Positions 37,459 through 47,759 of a stretch of DNA of 64,000 nt are shown piece by piece (position 1 is the first letter of the stretch; each line of letters starts with the position of its first letter). A program made the position numbers and the translations under genes. The stretch is from a virus. Taxonomy: Duplodnaviria; Heunggongvirae; Uroviricota; Caudoviricetes. The notes below the pieces were generated by a model that made no database searches, was not told where the DNA came from, and saw nothing but the letters and a program-made list of their open reading frames with translations. The stretch lies in IMG/VR virus record IMGVR_UViG_3300020046_004077; one strand, given 5' to 3'.

Positions 37459-37650
37459 ATGACAAAATTAATTGAATCAGATTTCAAGCAGAAAATCGAA
37501 CTTTACAAGGGAGCTTATGACCGTATGGTTAGTAACAAGAAAGCAGCACAAGATCGCGAGTCCACTAATAAAGTTGTTGAAACCGGAAGAAGTAGATCTA
37601 TCAACGATCTTACTGACGAGCAATTCAACGCTATGTTTGGAAGAGACTGA
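37459..37650 (+). CDS. hypothetical small protein
   Basis: 63-aa ORF overlapping the 5' extension of the polymerase ORF in another frame. Confidence 0.3.
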   Translation: MTKLIESDFKQKIELYKGAYDRMVSNKKAAQDRESTNKVVETGRSRSINDLTDEQFNAMFGRD

Positions 37651-39739
37651 GTTTAAAGATTGGTGGGTATTAGGTCATGATATTGAGAATAAGGGTGACT
37701 TTCCTGTAAAGGAGAATCTTATTCTTAGCTCTTTCTGTAATGATGGAGAGAATGTACTAACTATTGATAATACAAGTGTAGACAACAGTGAAGTATTCTC
37801 AAAAGAGGTACTTGCTCATTGTCTATTCGTAGCTCATAATGCTGATCATGAAGCTTCTTGGGGAGTAAGAACAAACTTCTTACCAGCCAGGTATGCTTGT
37901 ACAATGGTTAATAGTAAACGTCTTTTATCCGGTCAGGAAGGGTATAGATTTGATTTGGTTTCAGAAATCTCACGAAGATTAGGACCAAAAGCAATTCCTG
38001 AATGGATGAATAAAGACATCAGGAGTCAATTTAGTGACCATGATGGTACCTTAACAGACGATCAAGTTTTATACAATGCAGCTGACACTATTCGACTTAA
38101 ACAGCTTCTTGCTGAGCAAATCAGACAAGCAGCAATACAAAATCAACTTTTCCTCAACAACACAATTAACTCCAGACTCATTATCCCCATCGCTGAAGCA
38201 GAAATGTATGGAATTAGACACGATGCGGACAAATGGAGTGAGATTGCAAGAGACAGGAAAACAAAAGCAGATGAAATATGCAAAGAACTAGACGGGTTAG
38301 TGGTACAACAGTATCAGATAAACCCGGAAGAAATAAATCCAACTCTAAAAAAAGAGAGGGAGAAGAAAGAAAGAAAAGAAAACAAGTTAGAGGTAAGAAT
38401 AACAAAACTTCAAACCCAGTTAAAAAGACTACAGGACGCAAACAAAACCCATCTAAAGTCTTATCTCAAACAGAAGGAACAACTGGAGAAACTTCTTACT
38501 ACACCGCAAGAGTCGGTTCAGGAGGAAAGTGGCATTATTAACTGGGGCTCACAACCTCAAGTATTAAAGTTCTTTAACAAAGTTGGAGTTCCTTTACCTC
38601 AAGCTAAAGATAAAAAGACAAGAGAGTTTAAACCCAGTGTAGGAAAGGAAGCACGAGCTAACTGGTTTGTAAATAACCAAGATTCTCCATTTTATCCTGT
38701 CATGGAGAAATTTGACAAGTATAAAAAGTTAATCCACAATGTAAACTCTTTTGGAGAGAAGTGGATAGTACAATATACCAATCCTATTACAGGGAGAGTA
38801 CATACTAAACTTGATCAAGCTGGAGCTGATACTGGCAGGTTTACTTCAGGTTCTAAAGGAAAGAATAAGAAGTATCCAAACATGCAACAAATACCAAGTC
38901 CACCTGAATACAGGGGTTGTTTTGGAGATGGTGAGGGAAGAACAATAATCACCCTTGATTACGCTAATTGCGAAGGTGTTGTTATGACTTCTCTATCCGG
39001 TGACATGAATATGAAACAGATTATCCAGATGAAGGATAGTCATTCATATCTTGGTACTAAGTCTTGGAGGGAGATATACAAATATCGCTATAAGAAAACT
39101 AGTGATCCTAAATGGCTTGAGTTGTCTCAAAACTATGAGATGAACAAATCTACTCCGGAAAAGGATAAGGAAAGAACTGTATTTAAAAACAGTGGGGGAT
39201 TATTCCCTGTTGCTTATGGAGTTGCTGCAGCTAAAGTTGCTGCTACTTCTAAAATAACAAATCAGGAAGGTCAGGTAATGATTGATGCTATTAAAGCAGA
39301 AATTCCTGATGTGATTAACTTCTTAGACGGCAAGTCTAAAGAAGCTGTAGAAACCGGTTACGTAGTACATAATACACGTACAGGTTCAAGGAGATGGTTT
39401 AGTTCAATATTAAACCATAAGCATTATGGCTGGCCATTAAGTAAGTCAGAGATAGCTGAAGTTGAGTTTGCTGCAAGAAATAGTCCTATCCAAGGGACAA
39501 ACAGTGACTTAATGAAAGAAGCTATTTGTATGATAGACTTGTGGCGCAGACTATTTAAACAAGACATTCGGTTTATGCTCACAGTCCATGATGAGTATGT
39601 TTGTAGTGTACCTACAGAACAAGCTGAGTTTCTTGGAGAGAAAATTAAAGAATTAATGAAAAGAGCAGCCAAACACTACTTGATCAAAGAGATTGAAATG
39701 GACGTAGATATGCGCATTGCTCCACATTGGAAAAAATGA
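37472..39739 (+). CDS. DNA polymerase I family (family A); true start probably downstream (~37650) of the ORF-track start
   Basis: VAHNADHE (ExoII-like H-N-A-x-x-D), LDQAGADTGRFTSG...KYPNMQQIPS (pre-motif A TGR[LF]SS...PN[LM]Q[NQ]IP), TVHDEYV (motif C HDE). Confidence 0.8.
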   Translation: MNQISSRKSNFTRELMTVWLVTRKQHKIASPLIKLLKPEEVDLSTILLTSNSTLCLEETEFKDWWVLGHDIENKGDFPVKENLILSSFCNDGENVLTIDNTSVDNSEVFSKEVLAHCLFVAHNADHEASWGVRTNFLPARYACTMVNSKRLLSGQEGYRFDLVSEISRRLGPKAIPEWMNKDIRSQFSDHDGTLTDDQVLYNAADTIRLKQLLAEQIRQAAIQNQLFLNNTINSRLIIPIAEAEMYGIRHDADKWSEIARDRKTKADEICKELDGLVVQQYQINPEEINPTLKKEREKKERKENKLEVRITKLQTQLKRLQDANKTHLKSYLKQKEQLEKLLTTPQESVQEESGIINWGSQPQVLKFFNKVGVPLPQAKDKKTREFKPSVGKEARANWFVNNQDSPFYPVMEKFDKYKKLIHNVNSFGEKWIVQYTNPITGRVHTKLDQAGADTGRFTSGSKGKNKKYPNMQQIPSPPEYRGCFGDGEGRTIITLDYANCEGVVMTSLSGDMNMKQIIQMKDSHSYLGTKSWREIYKYRYKKTSDPKWLELSQNYEMNKSTPEKDKERTVFKNSGGLFPVAYGVAAAKVAATSKITNQEGQVMIDAIKAEIPDVINFLDGKSKEAVETGYVVHNTRTGSRRWFSSILNHKHYGWPLSKSEIAEVEFAARNSPIQGTNSDLMKEAICMIDLWRRLFKQDIRFMLTVHDEYVCSVPTEQAEFLGEKIKELMKRAAKHYLIKEIEMDVDMRIAPHWKK

Positions 39740-40337
39740 TATGTGTTTAACAACTGAAACTGTTAAATTAACAGCCAGACGACAGGAAAAAGTTAAAGAA
39801 TTACTTAATCAGCACAAACTTTTAGAAAAGAAGTGGAAACAGGAACAAGCAGATTTAGAAAAAGAAATGAGGGTTCTTGGAAAGAAAATGGATAAGCTTG
39901 ATAGTCAGTATTATAGCCAAGAAGATAAATTTGTGCAGAAAGAAGCTGAGATATACGCTAAAGATGTAATTAAGGTAGCTGAAAAAGATATTGTTTGTTA
40001 CAAAGAATTTTCACTGAGCGATGAAACAGCAACTCATTACGTTACACCTTATCAACATTTTAAATGGCCAAAAACTGGTTTAGTTAAAGTAAAGAAGTTT
40101 GGGTTGTCAATGGGCAGCCGTCATATTTCAGTAGCTGAAGGCCTTCATGCTTATACACAACACCGCATGGAGAATCATAACATCAACACTGATGCCTTAC
40201 CTAAAAGGTATCAGAGAATGATTATTCCAAAAGGAACTAAGTATATCCTGAATGAACGTGGTACTGAAGTAGTTGCTTTAGCTATGAAAGTAGCTCCTAA
40301 GAAGAAAAATGCAAAACGAAGAGCAAAGAGAAGCTGA
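39717..40337 (+). CDS. hypothetical protein, basic C-terminus
   Basis: 206-aa ORF ending KKKNAKRRAKRS. Confidence 0.3.
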   Translation: MLHIGKNDMCLTTETVKLTARRQEKVKELLNQHKLLEKKWKQEQADLEKEMRVLGKKMDKLDSQYYSQEDKFVQKEAEIYAKDVIKVAEKDIVCYKEFSLSDETATHYVTPYQHFKWPKTGLVKVKKFGLSMGSRHISVAEGLHAYTQHRMENHNINTDALPKRYQRMIIPKGTKYILNERGTEVVALAMKVAPKKKNAKRRAKRS

Positions 40338-40489
40338 TTTAGGTAATTTTGCTGAATGGGTATCTGATAATGGTTATGTATGGGATGGTGTTAGTCTCTG
40401 GAAAAAGAAGTTTTATAGTGACACAATACATCATAAGATAATCTCATTCAGAACGAAGGAACTTGTTGAAAAATATTTAAAAGAAAGGG

Positions 40490-41758
40490 ATGGATCCAAG
40501 GGAGGAGATACAGGAAAAAGCCAAACAAGCATGGCTTAATTCCAATAAGAAGAGTACTATTATCTTGCCAACAGGCGGGGGTAAAAGTAAAGTAGCAATC
40601 GATCTTGTAAAAGAAATCAATCCCCCCAGTGTTCTTTTACTTACAAACTCAGAACAACTCAGAGATGTAAACTGGAAAGCAGAATTTGATAAGTTTGGAT
40701 TTGACTATAGTAAAGTTGTTTCTGAATGTTATCAAACAGTTTATCGTTGGAAGGATAAAAGTTTTGATTTTGTAATAGCTGATGAGATAGATTTTATAGC
40801 AGAAGGGTACGCACAGTTCTTTGAAAATAATGTCTGTAAAGTAATTCTTGGTCTTACAGGATTTACGACAGAGAAGAAAGAAGAGCTTATTAATAAGTAC
40901 GCACCTATCTGTTTTAAAGAATCTATTGATACTATGCAGGAAGCAGGTATGTTGAATAAGAGTGAGCTTATTTTCATCAAGTTTCCTTTAAGTAAGGTTA
41001 AAAATATTGAACAAAAGAAAAGAGCAGGAGGTACCTTCTTTACCTCTGAAAATGATCTGTACAAGTATTATGACAAAGAGTTTCAAAAAGCTCTTGTTGT
41101 TAAATCCAAACTGGAAAAGAAATACTTTATAGAGGGTGTTGATCCTTCTAACCAGAGCGATTATAAAGCTGCTGAGTGGAAGTTGAGGATTGTTGCTGCC
41201 AAACGTAAAAAGATTCTGGATAGTCTTAATTCCTCAGTTGAGGTTGTCAAAGAACTACTTAGAATAATTCATTCAGAAGAAGGTAATAAGGTCATCATAT
41301 TCAGTAATCTCACCTCCCAAGCCGACAAGTTTCCTTACCCTTTTCACGGGAAGTCCCCAAAGTGGTTTGATGGAGTTGCAGAGTTGAATGCTGGTAATAT
41401 AAATACCCTTTCTGTAGTGAAGAAACTTAACCGTGGTGTAAACCTGGTTGGAGTAAACTATAGTATAAAGGAATCTTATGATGGAGGTGAGACTGATTTT
41501 CATCAAACTCATGGACGTTTAATGAGATTAAGACCAGATCAAACAGCTAAGTACATACTTCTAATACCTCAGTTTTGGGACTATGTGAGAACTGAAACAG
41601 GAGCGTTTAAGGCTATAATTATCCCTACACAAGCTCAGAAATGGGTAGAAAGAATGCTGGCCTCATTTAAAGGCAGTTCAAGAACAATTGTACTGGATAG
41701 TACATTGAAAATTAAAGATGGAGAATTTAAGGGAAGCAGTACAGTGGCTGCTGGATAA
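40490..41758 (+). CDS. SF2 helicase/ATPase (DEAD/DEAH, ResIII-like)
   Basis: Walker A ILPTGGGKSKVA, Walker B/DExx FVIADEIDFI, motif III-like GLTGF. Confidence 0.55.
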   Translation: MDPREEIQEKAKQAWLNSNKKSTIILPTGGGKSKVAIDLVKEINPPSVLLLTNSEQLRDVNWKAEFDKFGFDYSKVVSECYQTVYRWKDKSFDFVIADEIDFIAEGYAQFFENNVCKVILGLTGFTTEKKEELINKYAPICFKESIDTMQEAGMLNKSELIFIKFPLSKVKNIEQKKRAGGTFFTSENDLYKYYDKEFQKALVVKSKLEKKYFIEGVDPSNQSDYKAAEWKLRIVAAKRKKILDSLNSSVEVVKELLRIIHSEEGNKVIIFSNLTSQADKFPYPFHGKSPKWFDGVAELNAGNINTLSVVKKLNRGVNLVGVNYSIKESYDGGETDFHQTHGRLMRLRPDQTAKYILLIPQFWDYVRTETGAFKAIIIPTQAQKWVERMLASFKGSSRTIVLDSTLKIKDGEFKGSSTVAAG

Positions 41759-42197
41759 TGGGTATGGAGTTATGGTATCTGGTCAATTCGTCCCAACTCA
41801 GAAGTTAAATAACGAGTTGGGAGGAGGAGACGAAATTGTGATTCCTTTAAGAGTAGCTACAATTTCTAATCCTTCAGACAGGAAGGAGTTGTGGAATAAG
41901 TTCATAGCAGATGCAGAGATCCCTCACAGGGTTACATCTCCTAACGGTACAGGACAATACACTGTTAGACAATATTCAGAAGTTGCAGTTAAAGCTCTTG
42001 TGAAGATTGTTAATGATCCAAGTATTAATTATGAGAGATTAGTAGCTTCAACAAAGCATTATTATAAGACAGTATCTTATAAGCAAATCTTAAGTAATTA
42101 CCTCGTGAACGGTACCTGGAAACATGAATATGATGAGTATAAACCTGAAAACAAAGCAGTACAAAACAATGACGGTAGTAATCGTTGGGAATCATGA
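41718..42197 (+). CDS. hypothetical protein
   Basis: 159-aa ORF. Confidence 0.3.
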   Translation: MENLREAVQWLLDNGYGVMVSGQFVPTQKLNNELGGGDEIVIPLRVATISNPSDRKELWNKFIADAEIPHRVTSPNGTGQYTVRQYSEVAVKALVKIVNDPSINYERLVASTKHYYKTVSYKQILSNYLVNGTWKHEYDEYKPENKAVQNNDGSNRWES

Positions 42198-43261
42198 GTC
42201 TGATTGGAAGAACACTTGCTTTAAGTAACTCTGGTCATAGTGATATACCAAACTGGGTTCCAACTAACCTGCCGTTATATAACGAATATCTGTATGGTGT
42301 GAGACAGGCAGTATACGTTAATATGATAGCAGAAACAGCTGTTGGTAAAACAGGTTTAGGTCGTCATCTGTATGTACATACTCCTTACGAGCATTATAGG
42401 TCAGTAAATGACCCAACTAAGTTTGATGTTGAAATAGCTGATTTCAGTCTTGAAATAGCTGCAGAGAATAATATGGCTGCTGCTATAAGCAGGAAAGCTT
42501 TCATGGAATATGGAAAGATTATTCCAACCGCTAATATCTTTGGATGGGGTGGTAGAAAGCTGGATCAGGAACAAGCAGCATTAGTTCATAGTGCTGAGTA
42601 TACTTCATATTTTGAGGACTTTGAAAGGAAGTGTACTATCGTTGATGGAGAGGTTTCCCCCACTCTTTATCATGATGTTTTGTTTGAAATGGCAAAGAGG
42701 AATGGAACATTTGAAAGAGAGGGAAGATGGGTTAGTGAGTGTGGTAATTGGGTTCCAAACAATCCAAATAAACTACTTATTGCTATCTTTGATACCATTA
42801 ATATTGCTGAGGTAGAACCTGGTCATGATACTGTTAAAAGTAGTATTGACAGGATTAGTCGTATTTCAGTTTTATTCAGGAACAAGTGTAGGTTCTTTAT
42901 CTGTATTCTACAACAAATATCAGCTGAAATTGCTTCAACAGACCGGTCAAGATACGGCATTACTTCTCCAATCCTGCGAGATGCAGAAGATTCAAGAAGA
43001 CCAACTAAAGATGCTAATATTGTACTAGGTCTTTATGAACCAATAAGGCACATGAAGGAAGGACAAACTACGTTTAAAGGATATGATATGGAACAGTTAC
43101 AGTCATGGCTGAGAACCTTACATATTCTAAAACACAGGGAAGGAGTTATGAACAAATACATACCCATTAAAGCATACGGAGCAGTCAATTACTTTGATCA
43201 ATTACCGTATGCAAAAGACATGACTGCAGAAGATTACTTACAAGCAACAAGATATAATTAA
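42185..43261 (+). CDS. DnaB-like replicative helicase (RecA-fold C-terminal domain only)
   Basis: NMIAETAVGKTGLG (H1/Walker A), ICILQQISAE (H3-like), NIVLGLYEP (H4-like). Confidence 0.5.
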   Translation: MGIMSLIGRTLALSNSGHSDIPNWVPTNLPLYNEYLYGVRQAVYVNMIAETAVGKTGLGRHLYVHTPYEHYRSVNDPTKFDVEIADFSLEIAAENNMAAAISRKAFMEYGKIIPTANIFGWGGRKLDQEQAALVHSAEYTSYFEDFERKCTIVDGEVSPTLYHDVLFEMAKRNGTFEREGRWVSECGNWVPNNPNKLLIAIFDTINIAEVEPGHDTVKSSIDRISRISVLFRNKCRFFICILQQISAEIASTDRSRYGITSPILRDAEDSRRPTKDANIVLGLYEPIRHMKEGQTTFKGYDMEQLQSWLRTLHILKHREGVMNKYIPIKAYGAVNYFDQLPYAKDMTAEDYLQATRYN

Positions 43262-43995
43262 TGCCTGAAGAAACAATTAAACTACCAACTCAAACAAGGA
43301 AGGCAATCACCAAATCCCCACAAAAACTAGTTATTTACTCTGCTCCAAAAGTAGGTAAAACAAGTTTAATGTCAGGACTGGAGAATTCTCTTCTTATTGA
43401 TATTGAGAATGGTAGTGATTCAGTTGACAACCTGATGGTGTTGAAAGCCAGCACATATCAGGAACTATACGCAATAGTAGAAGAAATTAAGAAACAAGGA
43501 AAGCCTTACAAGTACATAGCGCTTGATACAGGTACAGCACTGGAAACATTAGTTGTTCCATTAGCTTTAAAACTGTATCAAAAGACTCCAATGGGAAGAA
43601 GCTACACAGATAATATCCTTAACCTGCCTAATGGTGCAGGTTACTTGTATATCCGTGAAGCCTACATGATGATGATTGACATGGTAGCTGGAGTATGTGA
43701 GCGTATGATATTGTTTGGTCATATTAAAGATAAAATAATTGAAAAAGGAGGGAAGGAAGTGTCAGCTAAAGACATAGATTTAACTGGTAAGTTAAAGACT
43801 ATTGTTTGTGCTAATGCTGATGCAATCGGTTTCATGTACCGTGAAGGTAATAAGAACATTATTACATTTCAAACTACTGATGAAGTAACTTGTGGAGCCA
43901 GATCGCCACATTTACGTAATGCTAAGTTTCCATTATCTGAACTCAAAGAGGACGGAACAATAGAAACAAGCTGGAATAAGATCTATATTGATTAA
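43261..43995 (+). CDS. AAA_24/Sak4-like RecA-family ATPase
   Basis: 244 aa; KLVIYSAPKVGKTSL P-loop near N-terminus, size typical of Sak4. Confidence 0.5.
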   Translation: MPEETIKLPTQTRKAITKSPQKLVIYSAPKVGKTSLMSGLENSLLIDIENGSDSVDNLMVLKASTYQELYAIVEEIKKQGKPYKYIALDTGTALETLVVPLALKLYQKTPMGRSYTDNILNLPNGAGYLYIREAYMMMIDMVAGVCERMILFGHIKDKIIEKGGKEVSAKDIDLTGKLKTIVCANADAIGFMYREGNKNIITFQTTDEVTCGARSPHLRNAKFPLSELKEDGTIETSWNKIYID

Positions 43996-44007
43996 AAATA
44001 AAAGAAG

Positions 44008-44634
44008 ATGTATTCTTTTTTGCAAAATTTAACACTCAAAGACACAACCAGGAAAAGAGTTCCTACTACAAGACACCCTGAAGGTTTAGCCTTGAGGATT
44101 TTTAGTACCGGAGAAGTTTATCCAAGTAAGGAATTAACAGACAAGTTTGATTTAGAGTATAAGATTAAAAGCAGTGAGAACAGGGGTAACGGTTTTGATG
44201 TGTTTGATTCCACTGAATGGACTCCAACAGCAGAATTACCCCGTATGATTCTGGTTGCTGCTGTCCCTAAATCTGAAGCTAAAGTAACCTTATTTAGTAC
44301 ATGTAGATTTGATTCAGAAGGAAATCCACTATCTAGTGTACAAACCCAAGGTTCTGTGTGTAAAGAGTTACTTAGTCTTGTGAGATCAATGGGCTATTTG
44401 ACAGATGAACAGAAGTACTGCGATCTGCAAGTAGTTATTGATTATCCCATCAAGACTGAAGATGGTATTGCTTATATACCAAAAACAATTGAAAGAGGAG
44501 CTGAAGCTGGAAACAAAACGAACGAACGGAGAGAAAATCTTACAATTTACCCGTTGAACACAACTGAGAATCTGGAGGAGATGCGTAAAGCAACAACTTC
44601 ACCACAGGAAGTTCAACAAACATCAAAAGTGTAA
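44008..44634 (+). CDS. hypothetical protein (possible SSB-like partner of Sak4)
   Basis: 208 aa; position only. Confidence 0.25.
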   Translation: MYSFLQNLTLKDTTRKRVPTTRHPEGLALRIFSTGEVYPSKELTDKFDLEYKIKSSENRGNGFDVFDSTEWTPTAELPRMILVAAVPKSEAKVTLFSTCRFDSEGNPLSSVQTQGSVCKELLSLVRSMGYLTDEQKYCDLQVVIDYPIKTEDGIAYIPKTIERGAEAGNKTNERRENLTIYPLNTTENLEEMRKATTSPQEVQQTSKV

Positions 44635-44655
44635 TTAACTTAAACTATTCTATAC

Positions 44656-45333
44656 ATGCTAAAAGTCGGTATTCACGAGAACTTAGTGATCACTAAAACG
44701 ACAAAAAACGATCAAGGAACATTGGTTATTGGGTTTAAAGAAGCGGGGGAGATTGATCCTATTGCTGCAATGAATTCATCTGACTCCGTGTCCTTTGATA
44801 AAAATGAACAAGATCTTCTGATCTATCCTCCTAAACTGGAGAACATGCAAGGAGAAACTAAAACTGCAGATGTCTTGATGAAAGATATTGCAGATGTTAG
44901 AGATCCTCTCAACAAGATCTTGCAACAATACAAAACTAAAGACAGCATTACATGGGACATCTTTGCAGGTACAGGACTTACTGCAGGAGATGACTTTAAC
45001 AAGAAATTGACAACTCAAGGAGTAATTGACAAGGTTTACAGCAATATTGTAGATCAGTTCATTGCCCAGATGGCTCCATTTGTAGGAGAGTCAGGTAAGA
45101 AAATGCGTGTGTTGTTTATTCGCCAATCTAAGGCTAAACATTACCCACGTCTGCGTACTAAATTCCTGGATTCTAATCCATTTATTGAACCAATGGTAGT
45201 ACCAAAGGCTCAAAGTAAAGTGAAATTTACTAAGTGGGAAACAGAGAACGGTTATGCAAACCCTGAACCTGTAGGAGGTCAACAACAAGTGTCTGCAGAA
45301 GACGCTAAACAAGCAGAATCACTGTTTAATTAA
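44656..45333 (+). CDS. hypothetical protein
   Basis: 225-aa ORF. Confidence 0.3.
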   Translation: MLKVGIHENLVITKTTKNDQGTLVIGFKEAGEIDPIAAMNSSDSVSFDKNEQDLLIYPPKLENMQGETKTADVLMKDIADVRDPLNKILQQYKTKDSITWDIFAGTGLTAGDDFNKKLTTQGVIDKVYSNIVDQFIAQMAPFVGESGKKMRVLFIRQSKAKHYPRLRTKFLDSNPFIEPMVVPKAQSKVKFTKWETENGYANPEPVGGQQQVSAEDAKQAESLFN

Positions 45334-45341
45334 TAAGTCTT

Positions 45342-46328
45342 ATGGACTTTGATGAAGTTTACAAGTCCATAGTTCTTACAGAAGAAGCTGTACTTGATCT
45401 GGTAGATGAGTACACTTTGTACTGCTATTACACAGGAATAGATAATATCATTCCTGGTAAAGCTTATCAAGCTCCTTATTACAGAAAAGACAATTATCCA
45501 AGCTTCTCCATTTATGAGTGTAGATCCCCACGTATTGAATATATGTGGAAGGACCACGCTACAGGTGAAGCAGGTAGTATCTTTAAGTTGATACGGATGA
45601 TTGAAGGGCTTAACAATTCAAATGAAGTACTTGCAAGGATAAATGAAGATTTCGACTTAGGTTACAATACCACTAATCCAGTTAGGAAAGAGAAGATTGT
45701 ATGGTATGAAAAACCTGTTGAAAACAACATTAAAATAAAAGTAGTCGATTGTAATTTGACTAAGGTGGCGAAAGAGTACTGGTCTACCTTAAAAGTAGAT
45801 CAGGCTCTTTTATCCTTTTTTAACGCAGGTCAAGTTAAATTTTATTGGACATACGAAGGTCAAGCTACTCCACAACTAGCCCCAGACCCAATGTTTTACT
45901 ACAGAGTAGGAGAATATTACCAACTCTACGCCCCTTATGTAGACAAGAAATATAAATTCAGGAATGATCTTCCTGAAAACTATTTTCTTGGATATATGCA
46001 ACTCCCCAAGACTGGTCAAAAGCTTGTAATTGACAAGTCAATGAAGGATGTTATCTTTTGTCATAGACTGGGATTTCCTGCAGTAAGTGGGAAGAGTGAA
46101 ACAACTATGATTCCACACAATAAAATGCTTGAACTAAAAGAACGATTTGACGAAGTTTACTTAACTCTTGATCCTGATGCTGCTGGAAGAAAGCAGGTAG
46201 AGAAATACATGTCTCTATATCCTTGGCTAAAACCAAGATTTCTCGAAGAAGCTAAGGACAAAAGTGATCTATGTTTCAAGTATGGATTTGAACACGCTCA
46301 AGAAACAATAAATAAATTATTAACATGA
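45342..46328 (+). CDS. Toprim-domain DNA primase
   Basis: VIFCHRLGFPAVSGKSE...EVYLTLDPDAAGRK (Toprim E...DxD...G motif). Confidence 0.5.
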   Translation: MDFDEVYKSIVLTEEAVLDLVDEYTLYCYYTGIDNIIPGKAYQAPYYRKDNYPSFSIYECRSPRIEYMWKDHATGEAGSIFKLIRMIEGLNNSNEVLARINEDFDLGYNTTNPVRKEKIVWYEKPVENNIKIKVVDCNLTKVAKEYWSTLKVDQALLSFFNAGQVKFYWTYEGQATPQLAPDPMFYYRVGEYYQLYAPYVDKKYKFRNDLPENYFLGYMQLPKTGQKLVIDKSMKDVIFCHRLGFPAVSGKSETTMIPHNKMLELKERFDEVYLTLDPDAAGRKQVEKYMSLYPWLKPRFLEEAKDKSDLCFKYGFEHAQETINKLLT

Positions 46329-46684
46329 AAGACGGAATGATTGTATTCCCGGCAGTAGATCTGGAAGGTGATCGAAAATTAACCCTTGCGGCAGAAGTAC
46401 ATACTTTGCGTGATGATGAAGATGATGCAGTTGGAAGAGTAGCTACATTTGGTTATTCAATAAAGAATCCCAGTGATAAAGAGAATACCGAATTAGCTAA
46501 AGTAATTGCTAAAGGAAGGGCTTCAAAGAGTCCTGTTTTTATCTTCTCTACAGCAGGTTATGATATGCCAAGAGAGTTACTTAACAAAGTAGCAACTGTA
46601 GTACAAGAAGAGTTTAAAACACGACTTAATTACTACGTTCCATTATCAAAGAAAAAAGATGGAACAAGCAAAAAGATTCAATAA
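46325..46684 (+). CDS. hypothetical protein
   Basis: 119-aa ORF. Confidence 0.3.
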   Translation: MKDGMIVFPAVDLEGDRKLTLAAEVHTLRDDEDDAVGRVATFGYSIKNPSDKENTELAKVIAKGRASKSPVFIFSTAGYDMPRELLNKVATVVQEEFKTRLNYYVPLSKKKDGTSKKIQ

Positions 46685-46997
46685 AGGCAAACTCCGCTGG
46701 GGTTTAGTTGATTTTGAAGCAGTTGGTGAAATGGTCAAAGTCCTGGAAGCAGGAGCAATTAAGTACGGACCTGATAATTGGAAAAAAGGATTAAACAGAG
46801 AAGAAATCCTTGAATCAATACAGAGACACTTAATTTCAACCTTTGAAAAAGAAGAGGTTGATCAGGAACTTGGCACTTATCACATAGCTAACATAATGGC
46901 TAACTGTATGTTTTACCTATACCATCACAGAAATGATAGTTTCAGTGATCAAAGGAACAATCCCTTTGTAAAACAAGAGATTGAAAAGAAGGCTTAA
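46659..46997 (+). CDS. dATP/dGTP pyrophosphohydrolase-like protein (N-terminal domain type)
   Basis: NKGKLRWGLVDFEAV...AGAIKYGPDNWKKG resembles the NxGKxRxxLxP...GAxKY..NW signature of phage dNTP diphosphohydrolase domains. Confidence 0.4.
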   Translation: MEQAKRFNKGKLRWGLVDFEAVGEMVKVLEAGAIKYGPDNWKKGLNREEILESIQRHLISTFEKEEVDQELGTYHIANIMANCMFYLYHHRNDSFSDQRNNPFVKQEIEKKA

Positions 46998-47021
46998 TTA
47001 AAACAAAACAAATAAAGCAAA

Positions 47022-47294
47022 ATGAGTAAATTTTTAGACCGCCTGAACCAAGGCAAAGACGAAAAGAATGCAGCTTCAAACAAATTGGTTGCATCAAACG
47101 CAAAAGCACAAACTGAGCAAGAGGTTTCTCGTTTGACTGCTAAAGCAGCTACATTGGAAGCAGCTTATGAAGCAGCTTTCAGTGATGGTAATTTCCAAAT
47201 CAACCGTGTATTCGGTTTGGTGAAGGAAATTGAGGAAAACAAAAATAACCTCGCCCTCGCTAAGAAAATTCTGTCTGAAGAATTTGCAGACTAA
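47022..47294 (+). CDS. hypothetical coiled-coil protein
   Basis: 90-aa ORF. Confidence 0.3.
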   Translation: MSKFLDRLNQGKDEKNAASNKLVASNAKAQTEQEVSRLTAKAATLEAAYEAAFSDGNFQINRVFGLVKEIEENKNNLALAKKILSEEFAD

Positions 47295-47316
47295 TTAAAA
47301 CGCGAAAAAAGAAAGA

Positions 47317-47562
47317 ATGAGCACACGTAAAATTGTGGGGACATCTACAGCAGCACCAGGTCAGAACACTGTCTTTTCGGCAGCTACTACCTGGGGCCAG
47401 CTGAAGAGCGAAGACGCTGAATTAGGCGCTCGGTCCATTGGAATGAAAGCCTTTGTAAAAGAAACCAGTACTTCTCTTACAAGCGACAGTCAATCCCTAC
47501 CTGAAGGAGACTTTACATTGTACTTCTTAGTAGAGAAAAATGACTCAGGCAAAAACGACTAA
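47317..47562 (+). CDS. candidate ThiS/MoaD-like beta-grasp ubiquitin-like protein with C-terminal tail beyond a Gly
   Basis: 81 aa; C-terminus EGDFTLYFLVEKNDSG-KND parallels MoaD/ThiS dGDEVAFFPPVsGG; N-terminus RKIVGTS... could form the first beta-strand. Confidence 0.35.
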   Translation: MSTRKIVGTSTAAPGQNTVFSAATTWGQLKSEDAELGARSIGMKAFVKETSTSLTSDSQSLPEGDFTLYFLVEKNDSGKND

Positions 47563-47759
47563 CGAAGAATCAGGTAATGTTATTCCTGAAGTGCTTGAAG
47601 TTATAGATGCTTTTGTAAAGCAGTTTGAACAACAAAATCACTTAGTGAATAGCAAAAAACCAAGCGAAGAAGACGATACTCCTTTCTAAAAGGAAAAATA
47701 GAGTTTTTATTTAAAGGTGGGGTTAATACCTCACCTTTTTACTCTTTGCAAACAGATAA

